Shown in pieces: positions 9,696 to 19,534 of a DNA stretch of 64,000 bases. A program made the translations under genes and the position numbers. This stretch comes from a bacterium (GTDB lineage Bacteria; RBG-13-61-14; DATKZS01), in assembly GCA_963674965.2 (NCBI GenBank), contig CAXXFL010000001.1, positions 1,120,001-1,184,000 on the forward strand. The letters are read 5' to 3'. Each line of letters begins with the position of its first letter. The stretch's first letter is position 1. The notes below the pieces were generated by a model, which was not told the DNA's origin, made no database searches, and worked only from the letters and a program-made list of their open reading frames with translations.

Positions 9696-10865
9696 CTAGC
9701 GTACGGGTACCCTGATAATGACGTTCGTGCCCAGGATGACCGCCCCGTCGCTCCTTCTAATGTCCTCCAGTTCCCTCTTGGTAAAGATATCGCGGTTCGC
9801 CGCCAGCAGCCTGGACCAGGCCTCGGGGTTTCCGTAATGCTTGTTGGCCACGTCCCGCAGGCTCTCGTTGGCCCCCGTCCTGTACTCGGTGAAGTTAAAT
9901 CCGCCGGGCACGTACTTGGCGTCGATTACGGTAACCACAACTCCCGACCTGGTTAGGCTCACGTCGTAGGCGGTAAGTTTTTTCAGGTTTATGACCACCC
10001 TTGTCTTGTCGTAATGCTGTCCCACCTTGATGCTCTTGACGCCGGCGAAGGACAGGTTATAAACGCTCTGGGAGGTGGCGTCACCCAGCCCGGGAAAATC
10101 CACGACGATTCGGGGGGGCCGGCTAAGGTCGAAGTCGACGAAGTCCCGAACCCTTCCGTTGGTCAGGATGAGTATTTGAAGGCCGTCCTCGATGGTGCGG
10201 TAGAGGACGTCTCCCACCACCGTGGCCGATCCGCCGCCGCCGGGGCCGGGCATCTGGACCAGCATGGGCGAATACTGGGAGGTGGCCTTGACCTGAGGAG
10301 AAGCCGCCACCCTGGCCGGTCCTCCCGGCCCGTAGGGCTGGGGAGGCGCGCCGGTCTCGAGACGGATCAACTCCTCCTTGGCCTCCTCGTAGGGAAGCGT
10401 ATCGTCGCCCATGCCCTCGTCCTTGCCCGTGGCCTCGAGGATAAGGGCCACCGAGCTCATCCTGTTGTCCAGGCGATAGGTCACGTCCCTCTTGACGTGG
10501 ACCACCACCCGGACCACGGGAACGGACATGGCCGTCAAAGGCCGGACCTCGACGTCGGTTATAAGGTCGGAGCCGCCCACGTTAAGCCGGTCCTGCATGC
10601 CGGACGCCATGGCCGCGGCCTTGACGTCCACGGCCACGACCCTTTCCTCCATGATGAAGGGATAGGCGTCCATGGCCCCGTTTCCAGTGATCAGGACCTG
10701 GTTGCCCTCGGGCACGGAGACCTCGGTCACCATCACCTCGGCGCCGGGCACGTAGCCCTCGGCGTCGGTGAAAATCGAGGAGTCCTTCTGGCAAAACGAC
10801 ATGGTCGCCGCGACCATGACAAGAAGCGCTATACCCGCCGCTTTCCGCGTAACCCAGTGATCCAT
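9696..10865 (-). CDS. AMIN-domain (x2) periplasmic/lipoprotein with C-terminal LysM-like domain
   Basis: PPRIVVDFPG..VKSIKVGQHYDKTRVVINL (AMIN); ESLRDVANKHYGNPEAWSRLLAANRD (LysM-like); N-terminal hydrophobic segment followed by Cys. Confidence 0.75.
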   Translation of the reverse strand: MDHWVTRKAAGIALLVMVAATMSFCQKDSSIFTDAEGYVPGAEVMVTEVSVPEGNQVLITGNGAMDAYPFIMEERVVAVDVKAAAMASGMQDRLNVGGSDLITDVEVRPLTAMSVPVVRVVVHVKRDVTYRLDNRMSSVALILEATGKDEGMGDDTLPYEEAKEELIRLETGAPPQPYGPGGPARVAASPQVKATSQYSPMLVQMPGPGGGGSATVVGDVLYRTIEDGLQILILTNGRVRDFVDFDLSRPPRIVVDFPGLGDATSQSVYNLSFAGVKSIKVGQHYDKTRVVINLKKLTAYDVSLTRSGVVVTVIDAKYVPGGFNFTEYRTGANESLRDVANKHYGNPEAWSRLLAANRDIFTKRELEDIRRSDGAVILGTNVIIRVPVR

Positions 10866-10876
10866 TTTTGCGCCTC

Positions 10877-12451
10877 CTACTGGATGATCTTGAATTCCAC
10901 TCGGCGGTTGAGCTGCCTTCCCTCGTCCGTCGCGTTCGACGCGATTGGCATCCGCTCACCGTAACCATGCGCGACCAGCCTGGAGGGGACTATGCCCCCC
11001 TGCATGAGGTACGTGTAAACCGACTGGGCCCGCCTCTGGCTGAGCTTGATATTGTATTGGTCGCTTCCCTTCGAGTCGGTGTGTCCACCGACCTCGATCC
11101 TTACCTGGGGGTTGGCGTTAAGCCACCTGATGGCGTTGTTCAGACTGTTTTGCGACTCGGGCCTGAGGGTCGCCTTGTCGAAGTCGAAGTAGATGTTGTT
11201 GACCACGAAGGCGACGTCGACCTTGGCCGGAGTGAGCAGGATGTTCTTCTCGATGATCTCGTACACCTGGGTCTGGGCAACGTTGAAGCGCTCGGAGTGG
11301 AAGGTGTATCCCGTGGCCGTGGCGGTGACCGAATAGTCCCGGCCCGCCGGGATCACGACCTGATAGAAGCCGGTGGGCCCGGTCACGCTCTCCTTAATCA
11401 GAGTGTCGGTCATGACGTCGGCCAGCCTGACCACCGACCGGTCGATGGGCGTGCAGGTCCGAATGTCGTAAACCGCGGCCCCCGACGCGGGGTCGGCGGA
11501 GGGCGGCGCGCAGGTGTTCTTGTCGGCCACGATGCCCTTGACGATGATGACGCCCGGGCCCCCGATATCGAGGGGAACCGGAACGGAGTAGATGTCCTCG
11601 ACGCCGTAGGTCCCGGTCCTGGTGCTGGCCAGGTAGGCCAGGTCGCCCGAGGCGGGGATGGTGAAGTACATGTCGTTGTCGGGAGTGTTTATAAGGGGCC
11701 CAAGGTTCTTGGGCTTGGTGAACTCGCCGTTCTCGATCCTGCTGACCAGGATGTCCGCGCCCCCGAAACCGCCGTGGCCGTCGGAGCTGAAATACAGGTT
11801 CACGTCGTTCTGGTGGATCATGACGTGTATTTCGTTGCCCGTGGTGTTGATCTCCGGTCCCAGCCTCTCGGGTTTTCCCCACCTGTCGCCGTTCTTCACG
11901 GACCGGTAAATGTCCCAGTTCCTTCTTTTGTCGGAGGTGGGACGGTTGGACACGAAATAAAGGACGTTGCCGTCGTAGCTGAGGGAGGCGTTGGCGTCGT
12001 TATGTCGGGAGTTGATTTCCTGAATGGCCTTCACGTTTCCCCAGGTCTCTTTACCCTCGTCCCAGTACGCGGTGTAAATGTCGCAAGTGCCGGGCTCTCC
12101 GGTCTTGTCGCACCGGGTAAAGAACATCACCCTCTCGTCGACGGAGAAGGTGTCGGGACCCTCGTTATACTTGGTGTTGATCTTGTCGCCCAGGTTTACC
12201 GGCTCGCTCCACTCGCCGTTCACCCGCCTCGAGACCCAGATGTCCTGGCCCCCGAAGCCCCCGCTCCGGTCGGACGTAAAGTAAAGAGCGTTGCCGTCCG
12301 CCGTCACGATGGGCCCGAAGTCCGAGTCGGGCCCGTTCACCACCGGACCCAGGTTGGTCGCCTCGTCCAGCACCTGCGCCGTCAGGGCGTACCCGATCAA
12401 CATCAAGCATGCCAGCGTCAACGCCGCAACCGATACCCTCATCTTTCGCAT
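10877..12451 (-). CDS. OmpA-family protein: PD40 propeller + carboxypeptidase-regulatory-like + OmpA C-terminal domain (PorE-like architecture)
   Basis: PD40 repeats; NIYFDFDKATLR..GHTDSKGSDQYNIKLSQRRA..GYGE..P..NRRVEF; RBS GGGGAGGAGG. Confidence 0.9.
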   Translation of the reverse strand: MRKMRVSVAALTLACLMLIGYALTAQVLDEATNLGPVVNGPDSDFGPIVTADGNALYFTSDRSGGFGGQDIWVSRRVNGEWSEPVNLGDKINTKYNEGPDTFSVDERVMFFTRCDKTGEPGTCDIYTAYWDEGKETWGNVKAIQEINSRHNDANASLSYDGNVLYFVSNRPTSDKRRNWDIYRSVKNGDRWGKPERLGPEINTTGNEIHVMIHQNDVNLYFSSDGHGGFGGADILVSRIENGEFTKPKNLGPLINTPDNDMYFTIPASGDLAYLASTRTGTYGVEDIYSVPVPLDIGGPGVIIVKGIVADKNTCAPPSADPASGAAVYDIRTCTPIDRSVVRLADVMTDTLIKESVTGPTGFYQVVIPAGRDYSVTATATGYTFHSERFNVAQTQVYEIIEKNILLTPAKVDVAFVVNNIYFDFDKATLRPESQNSLNNAIRWLNANPQVRIEVGGHTDSKGSDQYNIKLSQRRAQSVYTYLMQGGIVPSRLVAHGYGERMPIASNATDEGRQLNRRVEFKIIQ

Positions 12452-12509
12452 CAGCTTGACCTCCTCCCCTCCTTGGGCCCCGCTCGGGGCTCGACATGTT
12501 CGGCCGCCG

Positions 12510-13826
12510 TCAGCGGATGGAAATTTCCACGCGCCTGTTCAGCGGATTACCGCTGGCGGGATCGTTGGCCTCGGCCGGCCTCGTCTCGCCATAGAATGAA
12601 ATAGAAACACGGTCGGGGTTGATCCGGTTGTTAACCAGATATTTGTACACCGATCCGGCCCTCCGTTTGGAAAGGCCCATGTTGTAATCATCATTGCCCA
12701 CCGAGCAGGCGTGGCCTTGAAGCTCGATCTCGACGTTGGGGTTCTCGTTCATGAGATTGATGACCCTGTCGAGCTTGGCCGTCTCGGATGGCCTGACGTT
12801 GTCCTTGTCGAAGTCGAAGTATACGGTCTCGATGTGGCCGGCGCTGGGTCCGGTCCGCCTTCTCGAGCTGGGCATGTACTTGGGCCGCCTGGCGATGACC
12901 TGGGGATCGAGGAAAATGTCAAGAGGAACAACGTAAATGTCCTCCATGCCCGAGCCCCCGCTCATGTTCGAGCTGAAATAGGCCACGTCGCCCGAGGCCG
13001 GGATCGAGAAGTACATGTCGTTTCCCGCCGTGTTGACCACGTCCATGTTCTCCGGCTCGCTCCAGACGCCGGGGCTGGTCTCCTTGGACCTGAAAACGTC
13101 CGCGCCGCCCTCGCCGCCGTGGCCGTTCGAGCTGAAGTAAAGATACCCGTCGGCCGCGTGAAAAAAGGCCACCCCCTCCCACTGGGGAGTATTGACCGGG
13201 GCGCCCAGGTTCTCGGGCTCGTCCCAGTTGCCGTCGTCGCCCAGACGGCAACGCCAGATGTCGTAGCTGGCCTCGTTCTTGAGACGCTTGGGACCGGGAC
13301 CGTCAATGCCGCCGGGACGGGTCGAGGTGAAGTAAAGGGTCTGGTTGATATAGTCCCAACTGGCGTTGGCGTCGGAATAATCGGTATTGATGGGCCAGCC
13401 CACGTCGCGGGGCTTGGACCAGGTCTTGCCGCTGATACGCTCGCTCACGTAGACGTCGCAAAGCCCGTCGTCGGTGGGGTTGCAATAAGTAAGGTAAAGG
13501 TATTGCTTATCCTCACCCCACACGAAGCAGTCGGGGCCCTGGTTGAGCTTGTTGTTGATGGGCAGGCCAACGTTTTCCGGCTCGCTCCACTTACCGTCCT
13601 TTCTCTCGGAAACCCAGATGTCCTGGCCTCCATAACCGCCCTCGCGGTCGGACGTGAAATAAAGATAATTGCCGTCGGGCGATACGATGGGCGCGAAATC
13701 GGAGGAGTCTGAATTCAGCCCGCCGCTTAAATTACGTACCTCCGGTGACAACGCCAGGGCCACGAACGGGGCCGCGACCAGGAGCGATAAAGCGACAAGG
13801 ATTAAGCTCTTAAGCAAACCTTTCAT
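12510..13826 (-). CDS. OmpA-family protein: PD40 propeller + OmpA domain
   Basis: Start MKGLLK at 13826 after GAGGTGGG; PD40 repeats; VYFDFDK..GHACSVG..YNMGLSKRRA..NRRVEI. Confidence 0.9.
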   Translation of the reverse strand: MKGLLKSLILVALSLLVAAPFVALALSPEVRNLSGGLNSDSSDFAPIVSPDGNYLYFTSDREGGYGGQDIWVSERKDGKWSEPENVGLPINNKLNQGPDCFVWGEDKQYLYLTYCNPTDDGLCDVYVSERISGKTWSKPRDVGWPINTDYSDANASWDYINQTLYFTSTRPGGIDGPGPKRLKNEASYDIWRCRLGDDGNWDEPENLGAPVNTPQWEGVAFFHAADGYLYFSSNGHGGEGGADVFRSKETSPGVWSEPENMDVVNTAGNDMYFSIPASGDVAYFSSNMSGGSGMEDIYVVPLDIFLDPQVIARRPKYMPSSRRRTGPSAGHIETVYFDFDKDNVRPSETAKLDRVINLMNENPNVEIELQGHACSVGNDDYNMGLSKRRAGSVYKYLVNNRINPDRVSISFYGETRPAEANDPASGNPLNRRVEISIR

Positions 13827-13895
13827 TTCCCACCTCTTAAATCTTCCATAATTATGTCCCTCATATTGATTTTCCGGTTCTTTCCCCACCTAATC

Positions 13896-13924
13896 TCTAT
13901 ACCATTTGGGGCAAGGCATGTCAA
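13896..13924 (-). promoter_or_regulatory. Sigma70-type promoter of the PD40/OmpA operon
   Basis: Minus strand TTGACA-17 nt-TATAGA with extended -10 TG, ~70 nt upstream of ATG 13826. Confidence 0.7.
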
Positions 13925-14239
13925 CAATTTCATGCCAAACGACCAAATAAGTCGCGAGCCCCGGCTCGGCCGGAAACATGAAAAACCGTCTCCGGCCTCA
14001 GCCGTCCATGGCGGGGCCTTTTTATATTTAGTTATAACCCTTTATCCGACGCTCTCGCCGGTCTTTACCCGATACGTATAAAAAAATCTTTCCAGATACA
14101 AAATTAGATTGAAATTATCTTAGTTTATCTCGCTTATTATTTCAAGGCCAAATAACGCAAAATCAACCACCGGCCGGGGTCGTCGTCTTGAAAAATACAA
14201 AATTTCCCCGTTATTTCAGCCGCTTCCATTGCCGAGACC

Positions 14240-15271
14240 TTACGGCTCCACGTATACCACCTGCACGTCCGAAGGCCCGCTCATATTGGCCGGATAGGTA
14301 TTGTCCATGGCCCTTACCATATACTCGTACTCCGTGCCCCGCCTGGCCGACTTGTCAAGATATTCGGTCTCAACTATCGGCTCGGCAAACAAAGCCCCGT
14401 ATTCTCCCAGTCCCCTTAACCTTCGATATACGATGTATCCTTTAACGTCCGGCTCCGGCGACCTCATCCATTTCATCTTAACGCCGGCCCCGGACCAGAT
14501 GGCGGTAAAGCCCCGGACCGGGTCGGGAGGGACCCGGTCGTTGGGTACGACCTCGGCCACGGGAGGGGCCTCACCCTCGACCGGCGCGGCCTTGGCCGAA
14601 ACGATAACCGGCCTTACCTGATAATAATATCTCTCGCCGTTCTTCAAGGGGCCGTCGGAAAAGGAGTTGTCCGTAATGGGCTCCGAGTTTATGGGCCGCC
14701 AGGGAAAGACGCCGGGCTTATTCGAGCGGTAGAGGTTAACCGGCGAGTCGGCCGGAACTCCGGGCGGAAATTCCCAGGCAAGGTCGGCGTGCCCGTCTCC
14801 TCCCCGCGCGACGAGGACCGAGGGGCCGGGGGGCGGGTCAAGGTTCTGGACCTTGGCGGGGGCCGAGGGCTCGCCTCGCCTGTCCCCGTCGGAAACGCCC
14901 CGCACGGAGTAGCGGACGTGATCGAACAGTTGCACGGAACAGTCGCGATACTCCGTTTCGCCGATTATATCCACTACCCGGTAGGCGGGACTCTCGCCCT
15001 CCTCCGGCTCGTCGGCTTTCAGTATCTCGTAGCGGGCGGCCGAGGTCTTCTCGGGAAGGTCGGGCTTCGGGGCCGTCCAGCTAAGCTCGACGCAACCCTC
15101 CCGCGTCCGGGCCGTGAGGTTGCCGGGGGCGTCGGGGGCCGGAACGATGGGCGGCTTGGGAGGCCCCTTTACGCCGCACGAACATAATAAAAAGAGCGCC
15201 AACGAAAACGCGGCCGCCCCGGAAAGGGCTGGCGAGCGGCGACTTGTCCGGCCGTAAATTCTCGCTCTCAT
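14240..15271 (-). CDS. Fibronectin type III-repeat lipoprotein with LptM/YifL-like N-terminus
   Basis: LCSCGVKGPPKPP lipoprotein start; three FN3 units (P..P.L.A...L.W...Y.....Y.Y.VRA). Confidence 0.8.
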   Translation of the reverse strand: MRARIYGRTSRRSPALSGAAAFSLALFLLCSCGVKGPPKPPIVPAPDAPGNLTARTREGCVELSWTAPKPDLPEKTSAARYEILKADEPEEGESPAYRVVDIIGETEYRDCSVQLFDHVRYSVRGVSDGDRRGEPSAPAKVQNLDPPPGPSVLVARGGDGHADLAWEFPPGVPADSPVNLYRSNKPGVFPWRPINSEPITDNSFSDGPLKNGERYYYQVRPVIVSAKAAPVEGEAPPVAEVVPNDRVPPDPVRGFTAIWSGAGVKMKWMRSPEPDVKGYIVYRRLRGLGEYGALFAEPIVETEYLDKSARRGTEYEYMVRAMDNTYPANMSGPSDVQVVYVEP

Positions 15272-15275
15272 TGCG

Positions 15276-16004
15276 TCATCCTCCCTTGGCGACCCTTATC
15301 GCCTCGGCAAGGTCAAGCGTGCCCTCGTAGATGGCCCTTCCCGTGATTACCCCGGTTATTCCCTCCGGCTCGAGCTTGGCCAGGGCCCTGACGTGATCGA
15401 TGGTTTTAACTCCGCCCGAGGCGATAATAGGGATATCCACCGCCCTGGCCAGGGCCAGAGTGCTCTCGATGGAAGGTCCCGTCATCATGCCGTCCCTGGC
15501 GATGTCCGTGTATATGATGGCCGCCGCGCCCAGGCCCTCGTAACGCCGGGCCAGCTCGACGGCGGGCAGGTCCGTGACCTCGGCCCAACCCCGGATCGAG
15601 ACGAGGGAGTCCTTGGCGTCGATGCCTATCACGATGGCGCCGGGAAAAAGGGCGCAGGCCTCCCTGGCCAGGTCCGGGTCCTTATGGGCCACCGTGCCCA
15701 GGATTATCCTTTTCACTCCCGACTCGAGATAATCCTCGATGGTGGCAAGGTCTCGAACCCCGCCTCCCAGCTCGATGGGAGCGGACGAGGCGCGGGCGAT
15801 GGCGAGGACCGCGTCTCGGTTCACCGGCTTTCCCGCGAAGGCCCCGTCCAGGTCCACGACGTGGATAAGCTCGGCCCCCAGGCCGGCCCACCTCGAGGCC
15901 ATGGCGGCCGGGTCGTCCGAGTACCTGGTGTCCCGGTCCATCAGGCCCTGCTCGAGTCTGACGACTTTTCCTTCCTTTAAATCAATGGCCGGTATTACCT
16001 GCAA
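15276..16004 (-). CDS. hisA: ProFAR isomerase HisA
   Basis: [42 protein letters not shown] and ASGGV motifs. Confidence 0.97.
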   Translation of the reverse strand: MQVIPAIDLKEGKVVRLEQGLMDRDTRYSDDPAAMASRWAGLGAELIHVVDLDGAFAGKPVNRDAVLAIARASSAPIELGGGVRDLATIEDYLESGVKRIILGTVAHKDPDLAREACALFPGAIVIGIDAKDSLVSIRGWAEVTDLPAVELARRYEGLGAAAIIYTDIARDGMMTGPSIESTLALARAVDIPIIASGGVKTIDHVRALAKLEPEGITGVITGRAIYEGTLDLAEAIRVAKGG

Positions 16005-16037
16005 AGGATTTCCTCTTCGCGGCCCGAGGCCGCTCTC

Positions 16038-16754
16038 CTATTTTTTCCCACCCGGAGACTTGTCCTTTTTAGCCGGGGCCCAGGGAAGAACCGACGCGAC
16101 CTCGGCCGCGGCCTCCACCGACATTTGCTCGACCGTGATCCACTTCCCGCCGCGCTTGATGAACTGGGGAAGGGTGAGAAGGTTGTCCGATAAAGGCGCC
16201 TGCTCGTCTCCATATCCAGCGCTCCAAAGGACTTCCCCGCCGGCCGGGTCGATCAGGTGAAGACTGAAGGAAAGGGCCGCCGGGGTACCCGAGGCGTAAG
16301 AGTTGCCGCTCCTGTCCCGGTAGCAATAGATGAATCCGGTTAGGACCGCGTCGGCCTCGACCTCGGAGCCGATCGCCTTTTCCCAGCCCAGGGCCGAGGT
16401 AAGGTCCACCCCTCCCTTTTTTTTGAGCCGCGCCCGCGCCTCGTTGATCTCCGCCTGGGGCACGAGGGTCACCTCCGTTTTAATCCCCTCCAGGGCGTGA
16501 GCGATGGACCTTGACAGCTCGGCCTCGGCCGCTTCGGAGATCGAGCAGGCCGGAAAGGACCACTTGATCGCGGGGCACTCGGCCCGGAGTTCCTTGCCCG
16601 GAGGGGCAACGCGCTTCAAGGGAAGAAAGGCCACGCGGGAGATTTTCCTTCCCTCCAGGCCGGGGGCCTTCTCGATCCTTACGTCGGCCGCCCGGACGGT
16701 ACCGCAGGCGATGAAAAGGGGCAGCGCGAAAAGAATAATTTTTTTAGCTTCCAT
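16038..16754 (-). CDS. Hypothetical lipoprotein (TolB-N/CsgG-like alpha/beta fold)
   Basis: Lipobox FIAC; VAFLP..ADAVLTG.I..YRDR.G...L.LID..G.VLW pattern; overlaps the hisH stop. Confidence 0.6.
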   Translation of the reverse strand: MEAKKIILFALPLFIACGTVRAADVRIEKAPGLEGRKISRVAFLPLKRVAPPGKELRAECPAIKWSFPACSISEAAEAELSRSIAHALEGIKTEVTLVPQAEINEARARLKKKGGVDLTSALGWEKAIGSEVEADAVLTGFIYCYRDRSGNSYASGTPAALSFSLHLIDPAGGEVLWSAGYGDEQAPLSDNLLTLPQFIKRGGKWITVEQMSVEAAAEVASVLPWAPAKKDKSPGGKK

Positions 16755-17394
16755 TTACCATCTCTCCGAAGTTCCTGAGCAGCCGAAGGCCCAGGTTCTG
16801 GCTTTTTTCCGGATGGAACTGACAGGCGAAAACGTTGTCCCGCGCCACGCTCGAGGCGAACTCGATCCCGTACTCGGTGCTGGTGGCGATAATGGACTTA
16901 TCCTCCGGCGCGACGTGGAAGGAGTGCACGAAATAAAAATACGAGCCCTCCTCGATGCCCGATAAAACGGTCGCGTCGGACTTTATGCTCACCTTGTTCC
17001 AGCCCATGTGAGGGACCTTTAAATAGTGCTCCTCATCCGGCCCGGCCTCGGGGTCGGGCATGTCGTCGGGAAAACGTGTGACCTTGCCCTTGAAGACGTC
17101 CAGGCCCGGATGAATCCCGAACTCCTCGCTCTGGGTAAACAAGGCCTGAAGCCCAAGGCAAATGCCGAGAAAGGGCTTGCCGCCGTCGATGGCGCCGAGG
17201 ATGGCGCCGATCAAGTCATGCTTTTCCAGGTTCAACATGCAGTCGCGAAAGGCGCCCACGCCCGGAAGCACCACTCCCGAGGCGTTAGCCACGTCCCGTT
17301 TCTCGCTCGTGACCCTGGCCTCGAGGCCGAGCCTCTCGAGGGCCTTGTGCACGCTCCTTAGATTGCCCATGCCATAGTCTATGATGGCGATCAT
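16744..17394 (-). CDS. hisH: Imidazole glycerol phosphate synthase glutaminase subunit HisH
   Basis: IIDYGMGNLRS, LPGVGAF, GICLGLQ, VPHMGWN, YFVHS and QFHPEKS motifs. Confidence 0.97.
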   Translation of the reverse strand: MIAIIDYGMGNLRSVHKALERLGLEARVTSEKRDVANASGVVLPGVGAFRDCMLNLEKHDLIGAILGAIDGGKPFLGICLGLQALFTQSEEFGIHPGLDVFKGKVTRFPDDMPDPEAGPDEEHYLKVPHMGWNKVSIKSDATVLSGIEEGSYFYFVHSFHVAPEDKSIIATSTEYGIEFASSVARDNVFACQFHPEKSQNLGLRLLRNFGEMVNGS

Positions 17395-17439
17395 ATATAT
17401 CTCCGCCGGGCGCCGCGAAACATTCGGCGCCTTTTCCTT

Positions 17440-18042
17440 TTAATCCAGGGCGTCCTTAGTGGACAACACGCCCTTTATCCGAGGATCGAGGGACACGGCC
17501 TGGCCGATGGCCCGGCCCGCAGCCTTGAAGGCCGCCTCAAGGGCGTGATGATAGTTGTCCCCGTACTCGAGTTTTATATGCAGGTTGATCCGGGCCGCCG
17601 AGGCGAGGGCCTGGAAGAACTCGCGGGCCAGGTTGCAGTCGAACTCCCACCGCGCTCGCTCGGGTATCTCGACGTTGTAAACCAAAAATGGCCTTCCCGA
17701 GAAATCGGCCGCGGCCCAGGCCAGGGACTCGTCCATGGGGACGTGGGCCTGGCCGAACCGTCTTATGCCCCGCTTGTCTCCGACCGCCTTGGCGATGGCC
17801 TCGCCGAGCACCAGTCCCAAGTCCTCGGCCGTGTGGTGGTCGTCCACCTCGACGTCGCCCTCCGCCCGGAGGACAAGGTCGAACAAGGCGTGCTTGGACA
17901 AGGCCGTCACCATGTGGTCCATAAAGGCCACCGGGCCCTTGACGTCGATCTTTCCCGAGCCGTCAAGGTCGAGCTCGGCCGAGATATTCGTCTCGGCCGT
18001 CGTCCGCTCGACCTTTACTGCGCGTTTCGATGATTGTCCCAT
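17440..18042 (-). CDS. hisB: Imidazoleglycerol-phosphate dehydratase HisB (monofunctional)
   Basis: RTTAET, DHM, VDDHHTAED, PMDESL, NYHHALEAAFKA and STK motifs; start at ATG 18042 after GGAG. Confidence 0.95.
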   Translation of the reverse strand: MGQSSKRAVKVERTTAETNISAELDLDGSGKIDVKGPVAFMDHMVTALSKHALFDLVLRAEGDVEVDDHHTAEDLGLVLGEAIAKAVGDKRGIRRFGQAHVPMDESLAWAAADFSGRPFLVYNVEIPERARWEFDCNLAREFFQALASAARINLHIKLEYGDNYHHALEAAFKAAGRAIGQAVSLDPRIKGVLSTKDALD

Positions 18043-18071
18043 CCCGTCTCCACGCCGGCGGGGTCCGGCTG

Positions 18072-18878
18072 TCAGGTCACGACCGCGGAGGCGTAAGCCA
18101 CCACGTCGCCATAGTCGCCGGTCACGTCGCCGGAATTCCTGTAGTCTATCACCTCGGCCGAGGTCGCGCCCCGCTCGAGGGCGTAAATCAGCATCACCGA
18201 CGCGGGTATGACCCCGCACATGGTGATCCGCTTTCCCAGCACCACCTCGTAAAGTCCCTTCGGGTCCAGGGCCTTTATCCTTGCAAGGGCCAGGTCGTCC
18301 TTTTTTCGGGCCGACTCGGCGCTCTCGAAGTGAGTCATGTCCGAGCTGGCCACCACCAGGGTTTCCTCCCCGGCCTCCTCGGCCGCCCCCGCCAGGGCCC
18401 CGCCCAGATCGAGGCACTCGGAATAAGAGAGCCGTCCCAGCGAGATGGGCGTCAGCTTGAAGTCGGGCCGGAAATACTGGAGAAAGGGCACGTGCACCTC
18501 GAGGGAGTGCTCGCCCGCGTGGGCCCTCTCGTCCTCGATCAGGAGCCCGGTCCTCGCCTTGATCCGGGAGCCCATGTCCTTGTCCAGCTCCGTCTCCCCG
18601 GTGGGCAGGACCCAGGAACCCTCGCTCATGACCGCCGCCTTAGCGCCCACGCCCCGGTGATTGGGACAGAGCACTATCACCCGGCCGGGTATCTCGACGC
18701 TTCCGTATAGGATTCCCGCGCCCTTGCCCGAGTACATCCAGCCCGCGTGCGGACCCATAACCCCGATGGCGGAACGCTTAAGATCGGCCTTAACCACCAT
18801 CTCGGAGATCATGCGCCTGGCCCGATCGCCGTCGCCGGGATAAAATTGCCCCGCCACCGCCGGCGCCCGTTTTTTCAT
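18072..18878 (-). CDS. amrB: AmmeMemoRadiSam system protein B (MEMO1 family)
   Basis: PAVAGQFYP, PHAGWMYSG, PNH, EHSLEV..PFLQ, ASSDMTH, MCG and SGDV..VVAYA motifs. Confidence 0.93.
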   Translation of the reverse strand: MKKRAPAVAGQFYPGDGDRARRMISEMVVKADLKRSAIGVMGPHAGWMYSGKGAGILYGSVEIPGRVIVLCPNHRGVGAKAAVMSEGSWVLPTGETELDKDMGSRIKARTGLLIEDERAHAGEHSLEVHVPFLQYFRPDFKLTPISLGRLSYSECLDLGGALAGAAEEAGEETLVVASSDMTHFESAESARKKDDLALARIKALDPKGLYEVVLGKRITMCGVIPASVMLIYALERGATSAEVIDYRNSGDVTGDYGDVVAYASAVVT

Positions 18879-18977
18879 GGCCGAACCTCCCATGCCCGGT
18901 GGGCGAGAAATTTCGCCCGAAACTTTATTTTACTTTATCCGAGGCCTTATTGAAAGAATCCAATAAAAAATGGCGAT

Positions 18978-19004
18978 AAAAAAGCCGCCCCTCCGGACGG
19001 CTTC
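18978..19004 (-). terminator. Putative terminator after rfaE2
   Basis: Minus strand GAAGCCGTCC-GGAG-GGGCGGCTTTTTT. Confidence 0.55.
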
Positions 19005-19027
19005 AGGTTTATATGAGGAGGCCTTTG

Positions 19028-19516
19028 CTAGTCTTCCTTGGTATAGCGCTGCACGATCACGTCGATGATGCTCGAGGTGGACCTGCCCTCCCGCAAGGGC
19101 ACGCGCATGATGAGGCCGCCCTCCGACTTGACCAGGTCGGCGCCCACGATGTTTTCCTCCGCCCAGTCGGCGCCCTTGGCCAGAACGTCCGGCACGATCT
19201 GATGGATAATGAGCTCGGGCGTGTCCTCGCTGAAGGCCACCACCAGGTCCACGGCCTCGAGGCCCGCCAGCACGGCCGCCCTGTCCTCGAGGGGGATGAG
19301 AGGACGCTTGGGTCCCTTGATCCGGCGTACCGAGGCGTCGTCGTTCACTCCAACTATCAGGACGTCCGCCTCGCCCTTGGCCGTCTCAAGGTAATCGACG
19401 TGGCCCGAGTGCAACAGGTCGAAGCAGCCGTTGGTAAAGGCCACCACCTTGCCCTCTTTTCTGGCCTCCTCCCTGATTTGCCTCACTTCATCGATCGTCT
19501 TTATCTTGTCTTTCAA
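19028..19516 (-). CDS. rfaE2: D-glycero-beta-D-manno-heptose 1-phosphate adenylyltransferase (RfaE domain II)
   Basis: FTNGCFDLLHSGH, VGVNDDASVRRIKGPKRP, FSEDTP, KGADW and STSSII motifs. Confidence 0.93.
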   Translation of the reverse strand: MKDKIKTIDEVRQIREEARKEGKVVAFTNGCFDLLHSGHVDYLETAKGEADVLIVGVNDDASVRRIKGPKRPLIPLEDRAAVLAGLEAVDLVVAFSEDTPELIIHQIVPDVLAKGADWAEENIVGADLVKSEGGLIMRVPLREGRSTSSIIDVIVQRYTKED

Positions 19517-19534
19517 ATTGAGTTTCCTTTATCT

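Noticed and set aside
8365-13826. Calling the PD40/OmpA cluster a type IX secretion system or Tol-Pal
   Set aside because: No PorK/L/M/N, SprA, PorP or TolQ/R/A genes are in the window; only architectural similarity.
18043-18417. N-terminal extension of HisB (325-aa ORF) suggesting a fusion
   Set aside because: It overlaps amrB in another frame and is low-complexity Gly/Arg; the start with an RBS is at 18042.
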